Below, one piece after another: positions 30,102 to 40,793 of a DNA stretch of 64,000 bases. The position numbers and the translations under genes were made by a program. Positions within the stretch are counted from its first letter, which is position 1. Every line of letters starts with the position of its first letter. The DNA is from Alphaproteobacteria bacterium. Its GTDB lineage: Bacteria > Pseudomonadota > Alphaproteobacteria > GCA-2731375. The stretch spans positions 224,001 to 288,000 of the forward strand of contig CBDDBZ010000034.1 in the NCBI GenBank assembly GCA_965225945.1. Direction: 5' to 3'. The notes below the pieces were generated by a model. The model searched no databases, had not been told where the DNA came from, and worked only from the letters and a program-made list of their open reading frames with translations.

Positions 30102-30800
30102 TCAGCCGAGGTGGGCCTGGAAGAGGTCGAGCGTGCGGCGGTTGGCGAGGTCGGCCGCCGCCTGGTCGTAATGTTCGCCGCCCCTGCGGCAGAAGGCGTG
30201 GTCCTGCTCGGCGTAAGTGTGGATCGAGACCTTGGCGTTGCCGGCCAGCCCCTCGCCGATCTGGGCCTGCGCCTCGGGCGGCACGAACTGGTCCTTGACG
30301 GCGACGTGCAGCATCACCACGCCTGTGAGGTTTGCCGCTTCCTCCAGATGGTCCTGGATGCCGACGCCGTAATAGCCGACCGAGGCGGCGGCATCGGTGC
30401 GGCAGCCGGTGAGGTAGGCCAGCAGCCCGCCGAGGCAATAGCCGGTCGCGCCGATCTTGCCGCTGCAGCCGGGCTGCGCGCGCAGCGCCGTCATCGTCGC
30501 CCCGATATCCTCGATCCCCTTGTCGACGGAGAAGCCCTGATAGAGCTCGAAGGCACGCTTCCACTCCGCTTCCGTTTGGTCGGTGATCTGGATGCCCGGC
30601 TCCTGGCGCCAGAACAAGTCGGGCGAAAGCGCGATATAGCCGGCGGCGGCGAACTGGTCGGTGATGTCGCGCATCACCTGGTTGACGCCGAAGATCTCCT
30701 GAATGACCACCACGCCGGCACCCGAGCCGCCTTCGGGCGTCGCCAGATAGCCGGTGAAATCGCCGTCGGCGCCGTTGATGGTGATGTCGCGTCCCGCCAT
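30102..30800 (-). CDS. dienelactone hydrolase family protein
   Basis: QEIFGVN, GYCLGG, YYG, HAF motifs. Confidence 0.93.
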   Translation of the reverse strand: MAGRDITINGADGDFTGYLATPEGGSGAGVVVIQEIFGVNQVMRDITDQFAAAGYIALSPDLFWRQEPGIQITDQTEAEWKRAFELYQGFSVDKGIEDIGATMTALRAQPGCSGKIGATGYCLGGLLAYLTGCRTDAAASVGYYGVGIQDHLEEAANLTGVVMLHVAVKDQFVPPEAQAQIGEGLAGNAKVSIHTYAEQDHAFCRRGGEHYDQAAADLANRRTLDLFQAHLG

Positions 30801-31020
30801 GGTGTGCCTCCCCTCGCGCGCGTCCCACCCCGGAGACGCTCCCCCGCCAGCGACTGTAGCCCCTGGGCGCCGGCCTTGTCACGCGGGCGCGGGTGGCCAC
30901 AGTCTTCGACGATCGCCGCTCGCGCGGGGGAGCGGGCGGGCCGGGCCATGCCATGCCGAAGGCGTGGCGACAAAGACTCGCGGGGCAGCGGGCCGGACTG
31001 GGTAAATTTCGAGTCAGCCC

Positions 31021-31467
31021 CTACAGCAGCGCGCCCTCGAGGCGCAGCAGCGCCACCTTGGTATCGAGCCCGCCGTCGCCCGAATAGCCGCCGAGACCGC
31101 TGGCCGCCACCACCCGGTGGCAGGGGATCAGGATCGGGATCGGATTGGCCCCGCAGGCGGTGCCGACGGCCCGCGCGAAGCCGCCGATGCGCTGGGCGAG
31201 CGCACCATAGCTCTCCGTCGCGCCGTGCGGGATCTCTCGCATCGCCCGCCAGACCGCCTGCTGGAACGCGCTGCCGGCGGGCCGGAAGGGAAGCTCGAAG
31301 TCCGGCCCGTCGCCGTCGAAATAGGCCTCCAACAGATCGCGCGCGCGGGCGAGCAACGGCGTTTCCGTCTGGTCGCGGCCCCAACCCCAGTCGAGCGCGA
31401 CGATATGGCCGTCGGCCTCGCTCACCGTCAGATCGCCCACCGGACTGCGCATCGAAAGCTGTGGCAT
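31021..31467 (-). CDS. ogt: methylated-DNA-protein-cysteine methyltransferase
   Basis: RAVG.AC..NP, IPCHRV active site. Confidence 0.93.
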   Translation of the reverse strand: MPQLSMRSPVGDLTVSEADGHIVALDWGWGRDQTETPLLARARDLLEAYFDGDGPDFELPFRPAGSAFQQAVWRAMREIPHGATESYGALAQRIGGFARAVGTACGANPIPILIPCHRVVAASGLGGYSGDGGLDTKVALLRLEGALL

Positions 31468-31554
31468 GTCGGGCCTCCGGGCATCGTCGAGGCGTGGATC
31501 ATAACGCAATTCGTGGCGCCGGGGCGGGTCGAGACATCGCGATCGGTCGCGACC

Positions 31555-32169
31555 TCACTCGTACCTTCCCTCCCGCGCGGCGGCGGCGAGGCCTCGGACG
31601 TAGATCGCGATCAGCGTGTGGGTCAGGGCCTCGACGGATTCGCGGGGGTCGAGCTTGCGGCCGGCCTCCAGCGAGCAGATGCCGTGCAGCGCCGACCAGA
31701 AGACCCGGGCGGAATGTTCGCGCTCCCCCTCCCGGCCCTCGGGAAAGAGCGGAGCGAGCGCGCCCTCCAGCAGGCTCAGCAGGCGATTTCTCTTCTCGCC
31801 ATGCCACTCGGGAAGCTCGCGCCCCTCGGGCAGGTGATGCTCGAACAGCAACGACCAGCGGGCGGCGTGCCGGCGGGTGAAGGCGATATAGCCCTCGGCC
31901 AGGCGGTGCAACGCCGCCTCCGGGCCGCCGTCGAGCGGGATTGGCCGGAGCGCCGCGTAGAGCGCATCGAGCGTCCGGCCGCTCAGATGGACGATCAGAT
32001 CGTCGAGATCGATGAAGAGGTTATAGAGCGTGCCGTGCGAATAGCCGATCCGGCCCGCCACCTTGCGCACCGTCAGGGCAGCGAGCCCATCGGCCTCGAC
32101 GATCGCCTCCGCCGCCTCCAGCGCCAGGGCATGGAGCTCCTCGCGGCTGTGATCCGAACGCCGACCCAT
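31555..32169 (-). CDS. TetR/AcrR family regulator with WHG C-terminal domain
   Basis: N-terminal TetR HTH; FWSALHG motif. Confidence 0.92.
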   Translation of the reverse strand: MGRRSDHSREELHALALEAAEAIVEADGLAALTVRKVAGRIGYSHGTLYNLFIDLDDLIVHLSGRTLDALYAALRPIPLDGGPEAALHRLAEGYIAFTRRHAARWSLLFEHHLPEGRELPEWHGEKRNRLLSLLEGALAPLFPEGREGEREHSARVFWSALHGICSLEAGRKLDPRESVEALTHTLIAIYVRGLAAAAREGRYE

Positions 32170-32196
32170 GCCCCAAGCCTAACTCGAAAGGTCATC

Positions 32197-32261
32197 TGAC
32201 CATATGTCAAAAAAACTATTGACCATTGGTTATTTCTCTGTATATAAATGACCAATGGTTA
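32197..32261. promoter_or_regulatory. three palindromic operator boxes, probably for the adjacent TetR
   Basis: TGACCATATGTCA (32197), TGACCATTGGTTA (32220), TGACCAATGGTTA (32249) in an AT-rich divergent promoter. Confidence 0.75.
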
Positions 32262-32291
32262 ATTATGTCAAACAAGGGAAAGGTCGAGGCC

Positions 32292-32570
32292 ATGACCGTC
32301 GAAGCACAATTCGTCGAAGTCGCGGTTTTGACGCTCCGGGCGCATTTGGGCCCGGCCTTGCTGGTCGTGGCGGTCGCGATCTACCTGGCCGAGATCTGGT
32401 GGACGTCGCGGGCCGATACGGCGACAGGTGAAATCGTCGCACGCCGTTTTCGCAACGAGGCGCTCGACCAGGAAAGCCAATGCCATGGTGGCGAGATTTC
32501 CACCGGCGAGACGGCGACGTCCGGTAGCGAAGGCGGATTCGATGGTCCGGGCGGTTTCGGACTCTTTTAA
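32292..32570 (+). CDS. small membrane protein, probably degraded (DUF3592-like N-terminus)
   Basis: TM segment followed by RADTATGEIV; downstream part looks frameshifted. Confidence 0.4.
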   Translation: MTVEAQFVEVAVLTLRAHLGPALLVVAVAIYLAEIWWTSRADTATGEIVARRFRNEALDQESQCHGGEISTGETATSGSEGGFDGPGGFGLF

Positions 32571-32633
32571 GCGCGCCGACACGACGGGCACCGTAGCCCG
32601 CCGGCGGTCGGCAAGTTCAGCGGAGGCAAGGCA

Positions 32634-32798
32634 ATGGCCCACGAAACCGATGTTTTCGATGTCCTCGGAATTGCGCCGCTCGGATGGCTCGAGCTCTCGC
32701 TGCTCGCCTTCGTCGTGATTTTCTGCCTGGCCAGCATTCGCTGGGGCTGGTGGCTGGCGTCGCCGGCCGACACCACCGGCGAGGACGACGGCGACTAG
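32634..32798 (+). CDS. small membrane protein (54 aa), probably a remnant
   Basis: GGAGG RBS; MAHETDVF...LLAFVVIFCLASIRWGWWLASPADTTGEDDGD*. Confidence 0.45.
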   Translation: MAHETDVFDVLGIAPLGWLELSLLAFVVIFCLASIRWGWWLASPADTTGEDDGD

Positions 32799-32944
32799 CG
32801 CGTCGAACATTCCTGCAATCAACCCGACGGATGTTAGCGGTGGTTCCAGGGTGCGCTTATATGGTGCTCTTTTTGAGCGGTCGGTGGCGGTTGGCTGACG
32901 GGATGCTTTTGGGCTTGGCTGATTTTGTTTCGCGCTGTGGCTAT

Positions 32945-33835
32945 TCAGTCGAGGGGCCGGTCATCGATCTGGAGCGGTTCGCCGGCGCGGTCGCGCATGA
33001 GCATGTCGTTCCAGTCCAGGCCGTCGAGGGCAGGGCGCAGGCGGACGACCCTGCTGTCGTTTCGGATGAGCCGTGCCGCGGCGTCATCGCCCTGGCGGGT
33101 GGCGTCGTAGGCGCAGAAGATCCGGCCGGGGTTCCAGGCCTCGATCCATTCGGGGAGGCTTGCGGTGGCGCCGCCGGTTGAGACCACGGCGCATCCCTTG
33201 CGCCCGGCCGGGACGAGGTGGAGGGAGAGGACCGACAGGGCGTCGATTGCGTTCTTGGCGAGGATGACGGAGTTCGGCCAGTCGGGTTCCCACGACATCC
33301 AGAAGCCGCCGCGCGCGGCGGCGCCGGTCGGCGCGAGGCGGCGTGGCGCCGCGGCAGGGACGATCTCGGCGCCGAGAGCCTCGCCGGCCGCGTTTCGGCG
33401 GACGAACACGGCGTTGCCGTGGCGGTCGGCGTAGAGCAAGCCGAGGTCGCGGCACAGGGCGACGAGCACATCCGCGAGGCCGCGCTGCTCGACGAGGTAG
33501 CTCTGGATGGCGGGCCAGTGGCGGTCCGGGCACGGCGGCTTCGGGTGGCGATCGGCCGGGAACCGGTCACGGCACGGCAGTTCCGAGAAGAAGCCGAGGG
33601 CCTCGGGCACGGTGCACCGGCAGGCATGGATTACCAGGTCGATCGCTCCGCCCCCGCCGCGCAGATGTTCGTAGAACATAAAGCCGTTGATGCTGACGAC
33701 GGATCCGGGACGCCTCCAGCGCGCGGCATCGGTGGGATCGCGGCGGTAGCCGAGGCGGCGGACGACGTCTTCGAGGGGATAGCCTCGCAGGGCCTCGGCC
33801 CGCACCCGCCGGTCCCAGAGGCGGGGACCATCCAT
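32945..33835 (-). CDS. DUF3991/Toprim (primase-like) protein inside the IS21 element
   Basis: GGGAIDLV.H, YL...RGL, AIDALS, AYDA..QGD, RP...DWND motifs. Confidence 0.75.
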   Translation of the reverse strand: MDGPRLWDRRVRAEALRGYPLEDVVRRLGYRRDPTDAARWRRPGSVVSINGFMFYEHLRGGGGAIDLVIHACRCTVPEALGFFSELPCRDRFPADRHPKPPCPDRHWPAIQSYLVEQRGLADVLVALCRDLGLLYADRHGNAVFVRRNAAGEALGAEIVPAAAPRRLAPTGAAARGGFWMSWEPDWPNSVILAKNAIDALSVLSLHLVPAGRKGCAVVSTGGATASLPEWIEAWNPGRIFCAYDATRQGDDAAARLIRNDSRVVRLRPALDGLDWNDMLMRDRAGEPLQIDDRPLD

Positions 33836-33837
33836 GG

Positions 33838-34626
33838 CTACGCCGGCGGCGGTTCCCCGCGGTCCTGCGCGCCGGCCTTGCCGGCTCGCCGCCGGCGGCG
33901 CTCGGCGCTGCGCTGCTTCTGGCGTTCCTCGGCCTCCTTGCGGCGCCAGGACTCGGCGTCGATGGCGATGATCTCGGCGTTGTGGACGAGGCGGTCGACC
34001 AGGGCGACGAGGCAGGCGGCGTTGGGGAAGGCCTCACCCCACTCGGCGAAGGGCCGGTTGGTGGTGATTATGGTGGAGTTCTGCTGGCTGCGGCTGGAGA
34101 CGATGTTGAACAGCAGATCGGCATGGCGGTTGCTGTAGGACAGGTATCCGACCTCGTCGATCACCAGCAGGTGCTGGCGGGCGTAGAAGCGCAGCCTGCG
34201 CTGAAGCAGGGTGTCGCTGTCGAGGGCGGCGAGCTCGCCGAGCATGCTGGCCGCGGTGGCGAAGCGCACGGTGTGGCCCTCGAGGACGGCGCGGTGGGCG
34301 ATATTGGCGGCGATGGTCGACTTGCCGACGCCGTTTGGGCCGACCAGGACGACGTTGGCGGCCTCGTTGAGGAACTCGAGGCTCATGAGATCCTCGACGG
34401 CCATGCGGTCGCAGCGGCGCGGCCATGCCCAGTCGAAGTCGGCGAGCGGCTTGAACTGTCCGAGGCGGGCGTCGCCGAGGCGGCGCTTGAGGCTGCGGCT
34501 TCGCCGTTCCTCCTCTTCCCAGGCGACCAGCGCAGCGGGCCAGTCATGCCCGGCGACCTCGCCCCAGTGGGCGGCGAGGCCGTGCAGGCCGAGCGCCCGG
34601 GCACGGCCCATGAGGGTATCGTTCAT
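33838..34626 (-). CDS. istB: IS21 helper AAA+ ATPase
   Basis: [13 protein letters not shown] Walker [17 protein letters not shown] motifs. Confidence 0.95.
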   Translation of the reverse strand: MNDTLMGRARALGLHGLAAHWGEVAGHDWPAALVAWEEEERRSRSLKRRLGDARLGQFKPLADFDWAWPRRCDRMAVEDLMSLEFLNEAANVVLVGPNGVGKSTIAANIAHRAVLEGHTVRFATAASMLGELAALDSDTLLQRRLRFYARQHLLVIDEVGYLSYSNRHADLLFNIVSSRSQQNSTIITTNRPFAEWGEAFPNAACLVALVDRLVHNAEIIAIDAESWRRKEAEERQKQRSAERRRRRAGKAGAQDRGEPPPA

Positions 34627-36128
34627 TGCTCGCTGTCCTCCTCGGGTTCGCCGGCCAGCCCGTCGTATCCGACGAGGTCGTGATCGCGGACAGTGATGTC
34701 GCGCACTCTCGGATCGCCGGGCAGTTCGACGGGGATGGGCGGGGGTTGGTGCCGCAGCTCGCGCCGCCGGGTCAGGCTCAGGCGCACGGCGTTGGGATGG
34801 GGAACGTCCCGCTTCAGGGCCTCGTCGATGGCCGCCTCGAGCTCGGCGGCGCCGTAGGCGTCGAGGAGGCGCAACAGGGCGGCGACGGTGGCGCCTATAT
34901 AGCCGCCGCGCTGGGCGGCCTCGGCGAGCAGGCGCTCGCTGTTGGGCGCGGCCTGGACCAGCCGGTCCTGGCCGCGAAGGCGGCGGGCATGGCTCTTGCG
35001 CCTGACCAGCTCGGCGATGTGCTCGGGGTTCTCGATGCGGGCCGCCTTGTCGAAGCTGCGCGGATGGCTGGCGATGACGTCCACACCGTCGAGGATGCGC
35101 ACCTCGTCGAGCGTCGCGACCACGACGAGGGTGCGCCGCACATGGGTGTGCGGCACGCTGTAATCGTTGAGATCGAAGCGGGCGTAGGGGGTCTTGCCGA
35201 TGGCGACCTCGACCCGGTCGTGGTCGGGGAAGGGATCGCCGGGCAGCGCGATGAGAGAGCCGCGTTCCCGCTCGAAGGCCTCGCGCACGGTGATCGAGCG
35301 GTCTTCGGGCCAGGGGCGGTCGGCGGCGATGCCGTGGCACCAGGCCAGGGCCTGGGCGTTGAGATCGTCGATATCGCGCCACCGGCGGGCGGCGAAGAAG
35401 CTGGTCCGGACATAGCGAATCGCCCGCTCCACGCGCCCCTTCTCGTTGCCGCGCGCGACCGCGACGGGCTTGGGCAGGAAGTGGTAGTGGCCGGCGAGGT
35501 CGAGGATCCGGGGATTGAACCGGATGGCGGCGCCGCGGCGCTCCAGCACGACGCTCTTCAGGTTGTCGTACCAGAGCTCGCGGGGCACGCCCTGCCACGC
35601 CTCGAAGGCTTCGACATGGCCGCGCAGGAAGTTGCTCATCCCGGCGTCGAGGTAGAAGCGCAGGAAGATCCGCCGCGAGTAGCTGAGAACCATCACGAAG
35701 CCCATCAGGCGGCGCTCCGCGCGGCCGATCGTCACCTTGCCGAAGTGTCCCCAGTCGACCTGGGCCTGCTCGCCGGGAAGGGTCTTGAGGCGCAGATAGG
35801 CCTCGGCCACGGGCCTGGGCCTGAAGTGGCTGAGCAGATGACGGAAGTGGTCGCCGCCGCCCGGATAGCCGCGTTCGCGCACCATCTGGTAGAGCCGGCT
35901 GGCGGGCAGCGTCGGCCAGGATGCCAGCGTCTCGGCGATGAACGGCACGTATGGATCGATCATCGACGGCCTGGGCGACCTCGCGTCCCGGGGCTCGCCG
36001 GCCGCGGTGAGGAGGCGCTCGACGGTGTAGCGATGCACGCCGAGCTGGCGTGTGATCGTGCCGACCGTCCACTTCTCGACGTGATACAGGCGCAGGATCT
36101 CCGCGCGGGTCTCCTTGTCGATGGTCAT
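34623..36128 (-). CDS. istA: IS21 family transposase
   Basis: [24 protein letters not shown] motifs. Confidence 0.95.
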   Translation of the reverse strand: MTIDKETRAEILRLYHVEKWTVGTITRQLGVHRYTVERLLTAAGEPRDARSPRPSMIDPYVPFIAETLASWPTLPASRLYQMVRERGYPGGGDHFRHLLSHFRPRPVAEAYLRLKTLPGEQAQVDWGHFGKVTIGRAERRLMGFVMVLSYSRRIFLRFYLDAGMSNFLRGHVEAFEAWQGVPRELWYDNLKSVVLERRGAAIRFNPRILDLAGHYHFLPKPVAVARGNEKGRVERAIRYVRTSFFAARRWRDIDDLNAQALAWCHGIAADRPWPEDRSITVREAFERERGSLIALPGDPFPDHDRVEVAIGKTPYARFDLNDYSVPHTHVRRTLVVVATLDEVRILDGVDVIASHPRSFDKAARIENPEHIAELVRRKSHARRLRGQDRLVQAAPNSERLLAEAAQRGGYIGATVAALLRLLDAYGAAELEAAIDEALKRDVPHPNAVRLSLTRRRELRHQPPPIPVELPGDPRVRDITVRDHDLVGYDGLAGEPEEDSEQ

Positions 36129-36565
36129 CTCACCCCCTTTCCCGTCGGGCGCAGCCCCGGATAGACCGCCTGCCCGCAGAACCGGCCGCAGCGATCGCAG
36201 CGGAAGACCCTGGCGGGCCGCTCGTGCCCGAAGGGCCGTGTTCCGGGACGCCCTGCCGGCGTCCGCGCCACAACAGGACGCCGCCGCGCGGCGGTCAAAG
36301 GGTGATGCGTCACTTCCTGCCCGCGGCGCCGATTCACCGGCGTCCGGCGCCGCCGGCGTTCGCGATAGCGCCGCTGGCGCTCAGCATGCTTGTGACGGCC
36401 CCGCCGGCTGTTCTGGTAGCGCTGCCCGGCATGGCGCTGCGATCGCCGGCGCACCCGATCGCTGCAGCTCCGTGAACAGTAGATGTTGCCGTGGTCGCAG
36501 TGCCGGCAGAGAACCACCTGTTGATGGCACGAGGCGCAGTTGAACAGGCGGGCGGTGTTCTTCAT
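36125..36565 (-). CDS. Cys-rich basic (zinc-finger-like) protein coupled to istA
   Basis: CASC, CRHC, CSRSC, C-terminal CDRC; Arg-rich; ATGA overlap with istA. Confidence 0.75.
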   Translation of the reverse strand: MKNTARLFNCASCHQQVVLCRHCDHGNIYCSRSCSDRVRRRSQRHAGQRYQNSRRGRHKHAERQRRYRERRRRRTPVNRRRGQEVTHHPLTAARRRPVVARTPAGRPGTRPFGHERPARVFRCDRCGRFCGQAVYPGLRPTGKGVR

Positions 36566-36979
36566 CGCGCAGCCGATGAGAACGGGGTGGACCCACGCCC
36601 AAACCCGCACGATACTGCGCATATGGGTCGTGCCTTGCATGGCTCGGGGGGTGCGGTGCCGGTCGTTGCCAGCAAGCAAACGGGGCCGGCGCCGCATCGT
36701 TCTCAGCGGCCCGAGTGTACTCCCGCGGCTCCCCTTGTCAGGTCCGCGGAACCGCCGCCGCCAGCCAGCCAAAACAGGAATCGAGACGCCCGCCCGCGGT
36801 GGATAAGCAGCCCGCCGCCGCCAGACTCTTGGCGGTCGCCGCGGCGGGCTACTTACCCACCGCTGCGCCGAGCCAACTCCCGCCTGCAAACCACGCAGCT
36901 ACAGCGCCACGATGCCCGATGTCGCTGAAATCACCATCTAAGCGCGGTTTTTCATCGCCACCGACAGACGGAGGACGAC

Positions 36980-38038
36980 ATGACGGGACCCATCGAAGAC
37001 AAAGCAATCTCGACGGCGGCGAGCGCCGCGACCGGCACGGCAAGGCAGCGGGACCGCGCCCTATTGGGCGAGCTTCGCGGCCGACTGGAGCGGGCCGGCT
37101 GCTTCCGCCCGGCGCCCTGGAGCTATGCCGTCTGGATCGCCCTGGTGGGGGCGGCCGGCGCCATCGGCACCCTCGGACTATTGGCCGACCCCGAACCGGC
37201 GGCACGCATCGCGCTCCTCGTGTTGCTCGCCTTCGCCACCGTGCAGGCCGGCTTCCTGGCGCACGATGCCGGCGACGGCGGGATCACGGGCAACCGGCTG
37301 GTGAGCCATGGCCTCGAACAGTTTCTCATGAGCTTCGTTTCGGCCTTGAGCAGCAGCTATTTCCGATACCTCCACAAGGTCTATCACCTGACCTTGCAGC
37401 GGGGCGCCGGTGGGCGTGGCCGAGATGCCCTCGCCGTCAATCCGCACGAGATCGCCTGGTTCAAGCGGCTGGTGGCCCGCAACGGCGTGCTCTTCCTCGT
37501 CGCCACGACATGTTTGCGCGGCCTGACCTTCAAGCTGGAGAGCCTGCGCTACGTCCTCGCCAACCCGCGCGAGACCCGCCTCGATCAGGTTCTGATGGCG
37601 CTGCACGGGCTATTTTGGCTGGTCCTGCCGCTGCCCTTCATCGGCCTGCTCGACACGGCCATCAATTATGGCCTGATCACGCTCATCGTCGGCCCCTATG
37701 TCGGCACCGTGCTGATCTTGAACCACGCGGGCATGTGCGAGGCCAGAACCCAGGGCCATCTGCCGATGATGGCCCGAATCACCGCCTCGACCCGCAATCT
37801 CGATCCCTCGCGCTGGAGCGACATCCTGCTCGGCGGCGTCAACAACCACATCGAGCACCACCTGTTTCCGGGAATTCCGGCGGCGCGGCTGCGCCGGGCC
37901 CGCGCCATCACCTGGGCCTTCTGCCGCGAACACGCCATCCCCTACCAGCAGACCAGCTTCGGCCGGGCCCTGCTCGAGGCGATGCGCCACTTCCGCGCCA
38001 CGCCATCCAGCCGTCTCGCCGTCGAGGCGCTCTCCTGA
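36980..38038 (+). CDS. fatty acid desaturase family protein, His boxes partly degenerate
   Basis: HDAGD, HKVYH, NNHIEHHLFP boxes plus TM segments. Confidence 0.82.
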   Translation: MTGPIEDKAISTAASAATGTARQRDRALLGELRGRLERAGCFRPAPWSYAVWIALVGAAGAIGTLGLLADPEPAARIALLVLLAFATVQAGFLAHDAGDGGITGNRLVSHGLEQFLMSFVSALSSSYFRYLHKVYHLTLQRGAGGRGRDALAVNPHEIAWFKRLVARNGVLFLVATTCLRGLTFKLESLRYVLANPRETRLDQVLMALHGLFWLVLPLPFIGLLDTAINYGLITLIVGPYVGTVLILNHAGMCEARTQGHLPMMARITASTRNLDPSRWSDILLGGVNNHIEHHLFPGIPAARLRRARAITWAFCREHAIPYQQTSFGRALLEAMRHFRATPSSRLAVEALS

Positions 38039-38109
38039 GCGGCGGGGCCGGATCTCCGGGGACAGTCGTCCCCGGATAACCGTTGTTCGATACGCCGGTC
38101 TAGGAAAGG

Positions 38110-40521
38110 ATGAGAACGATGATACGCAAGATCGCCATGGGTATCGCATCCCTGATCGTCGTGCTGTCGGCGATCGGGGTGGGCGCGTTCATTTACTTGC
38201 GTGGCTCGTTGTCGCGGACCAGCGGATCGATCACGCTGACCGGGTTGAGCAAACCCGTCGAGATCTTTCGCGACGCCAACGGGGTGCCACACGTCTTCGC
38301 CGAGAGCGCCGAGGACGCCTATTTCGCGCTCGGCTTCGTGCATGCCCAGGACCGGCTCTGGCTAATGGAGTTCACGCGCCGTCTCGGTGCGGGCAGGCTG
38401 GCCGAGGTCCTGGGGGAGCCCACGCTCAAATTCGACCGCTTCTTCCGCACTCTGGGCCTCTACCGGCTCGCCGAAGCGAACTACGAGCAGCTGTCGCCTG
38501 AAGTGCGGGAGGCGTACGACGCCTATGCGGCGGGCGTGAATGCTTGGCTGCGTGCCCGCAGCGGTGCGCTTCCCTTGGAATTTCTGCTCCTTGGCGTTGA
38601 GCCGGAACCATGGCGGCCAGCGGACTCTCTGGTTTGGGGCCGCCTCATGGCGATTCGGTTGGGGAAAAACTGGCGCACGGAAGCGCTTCGGGCCCAGATA
38701 CTCAATGTGCTGGTCGCTAAGGGCCTCCCGCGCGAACGGCTAGACCAGTTATGGCCCGGTTCGAACGGCGCCAACCCATCGACGATCGAAAGCGCCCGTC
38801 GTGCCGCGCGGCTGTCCGAGAGCCTCCTTGCATCGATACCCACCGACGAGGTGTCCGGTGGCGCATCCAACGCTTGGGTACTTCATGGCACCCGGACAAG
38901 TACAGGTAAGCCGCTCTTGGCAAACGATCCTCACCTCGCATTCGGTGTGCCAATTCTGTGGTATCTGGTTCGCATCGAGACGCCCGATCTGAGTGTCACT
39001 GGTGTTACGCTGCCGGGTGCGCCCCTCACGATATTGGGCCACAACAACCGCATCGCCTGGGGCATCACCAATGGCTACGGAGACAACGAGGACCTATTCG
39101 TCGAGACGATCGACCCGGGAAACGCCGATGCCTATTTGTCGTCGACCGGCCCACGCGACTTCGATATCCGGGAGGAGACGATCCCGGTCGAGGATGGCGA
39201 GCCAGTCCGCTTGAGGGTCCGCGAAACATACCACGGCCCGGTCATATCGGGCGTATCGGAGGATGCGGCGAAAATAGCCAAGAAAGGCACTGTGATCGCC
39301 TTGGCTTCAGCGGCGTTACGTGAGGACGATTCTACGGTCGAGGCGTTATACGCTATTAACCGTGCCGGAGACTGGACTGATTTTCTTGCGGCTGCCGCTC
39401 GGTTTCACACGCCTCAACAGAATCTCATGTTCGCGTCGAGGGATGGACACATCGGCTTCATCGTCGCGGGCCGCCTTCCGTTGCGCAGATCCGGCGATGG
39501 CCGTTTTCCCGTTCCCGGCAAGGACGGCACCCACGACTGATAAGGATTCATTCCGCCGCACGCATTGCCGCGAGTTCTCAATCCGCCTTCGGGCCATTTC
39601 GTCAATGCCAACAATCGAAGCGTGCCCGAAGACTATCCTTACCTCGTTACCAAGGACTGGCCGCCGCCCCATCGCGCCAATCGCATCCTCGAGTTGCTGG
39701 ACGCCATGAAGGCGCCGGGAGTCGACGACATGGCAGCGGTGCAGGACGACGTTCGATCGCCGGCGGCCGAGCGCTTGCTGCCGCTGATGTTGAGCTTCGA
39801 GCCGCGCGAGGCGCGCTCTCGGCAAGCCATCAAGCTGCTCTCCGATTGGGACTTTTCGATGCTGCGTGATCGAGCGGAGCCGCTCATCTACACGGCATGG
39901 TTGCGGCAATTTATCGTGGCGCTGATCGATGACGAGATTGGCTTCGGACTGGTCGATGGTTATCTAAAGTTGCAAGAATATCCCGGGCTCGGCTTGGTCG
40001 AGGCCACGCTGACCGACAATCCACAGTGGTGCGACGATATTGCGTCTTCTGAACGGGAAACCTGCGGCAACCTGCTCGAGATTGCTCTTCAACGGGCCCT
40101 TGATGAAATTACCGCCGAGCTCGGCGGGGACATCGATGATTGGCGCTGGGGTGATTTACATCGCGCGACCTTCACACATCGCGTACTCACGCGTGTTCCC
40201 ATCGTTCGATGGTTCGCCGATCTCTCGATCGAGTCGGATGGCGGTGATCATACGGTCAACCGCGGCAATACGCCGCGCGCCCGGCCGGGCAACTCGTTCA
40301 AGCAAATGGCTGGCTCCAGCTTTCGGGCAATCTACGACTTGGCGAGCTTCGACGACAGCCGCTTCATCATACCCATGGGCCAGTCCGGAAACCTCCTTTC
40401 GCCGCATTATTCGGACCTCTTAGAGCGCTGGCGTGACGGCAAATACATTCGAATTGCCGGCTCGCGTGAGGAGTTGATCGCGGCATCGCGAGATCGTTTG
40501 GTGCTCGAGGTTTCTAGATAG
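38110..40521 (+). pseudogene. penicillin acylase (S45) family with two consecutive in-frame stops
   Basis: AQDRL, SNAW nucleophile, ANDPHL, NANN, GQSG motifs; TGA TAA at 39538-39543, same frame resumes. Confidence 0.9.
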
Positions 40522-40597
40522 GGGCCGGCGTCGATGGGCTCGATGTTCGCGGGCATCGGCGCCGTCATCTTCCTCGACGGCTTCTAGGGAGACGAAA

Positions 40598-40783
40598 ATG
40601 AGCCAAGAGAACGCGACACGGTACTTCTCATCCACCTACGGGGAGGCGCGAAAAAGGTTTCGCGATGCTGCACAATCCACAAATGCCGAATTGGTGTCCT
40701 TTGAAAATCCGAAGGAGGGAGTTGCCGGGGAACGACTCTTCTCGGAAGTCGCGCTGTTGGGCCCCATGACCGGAGTCACCTGA
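40598..40783 (+). pseudogene. N-terminal stub of a DUF2817 / M14 metallopeptidase-like protein
   Basis: FSSTYGEARKRF.DAA...GERL..EVALLGP, cut at the start of repeat copy 1. Confidence 0.6.
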
Positions 40784-40793
40784 AAGCCGAAAC

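Larger units (their letters stand above)
32832..36966 (-). mobile_element. four-gene IS21-family element, 4135 bp
   Basis: TGT...ACA termini, GCGCTTA(T/G)ATGGTG at positions 22-35 from both ends, 6-bp TSD GACGGA at 32826-32831 and 36967-36972. Confidence 0.9.
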
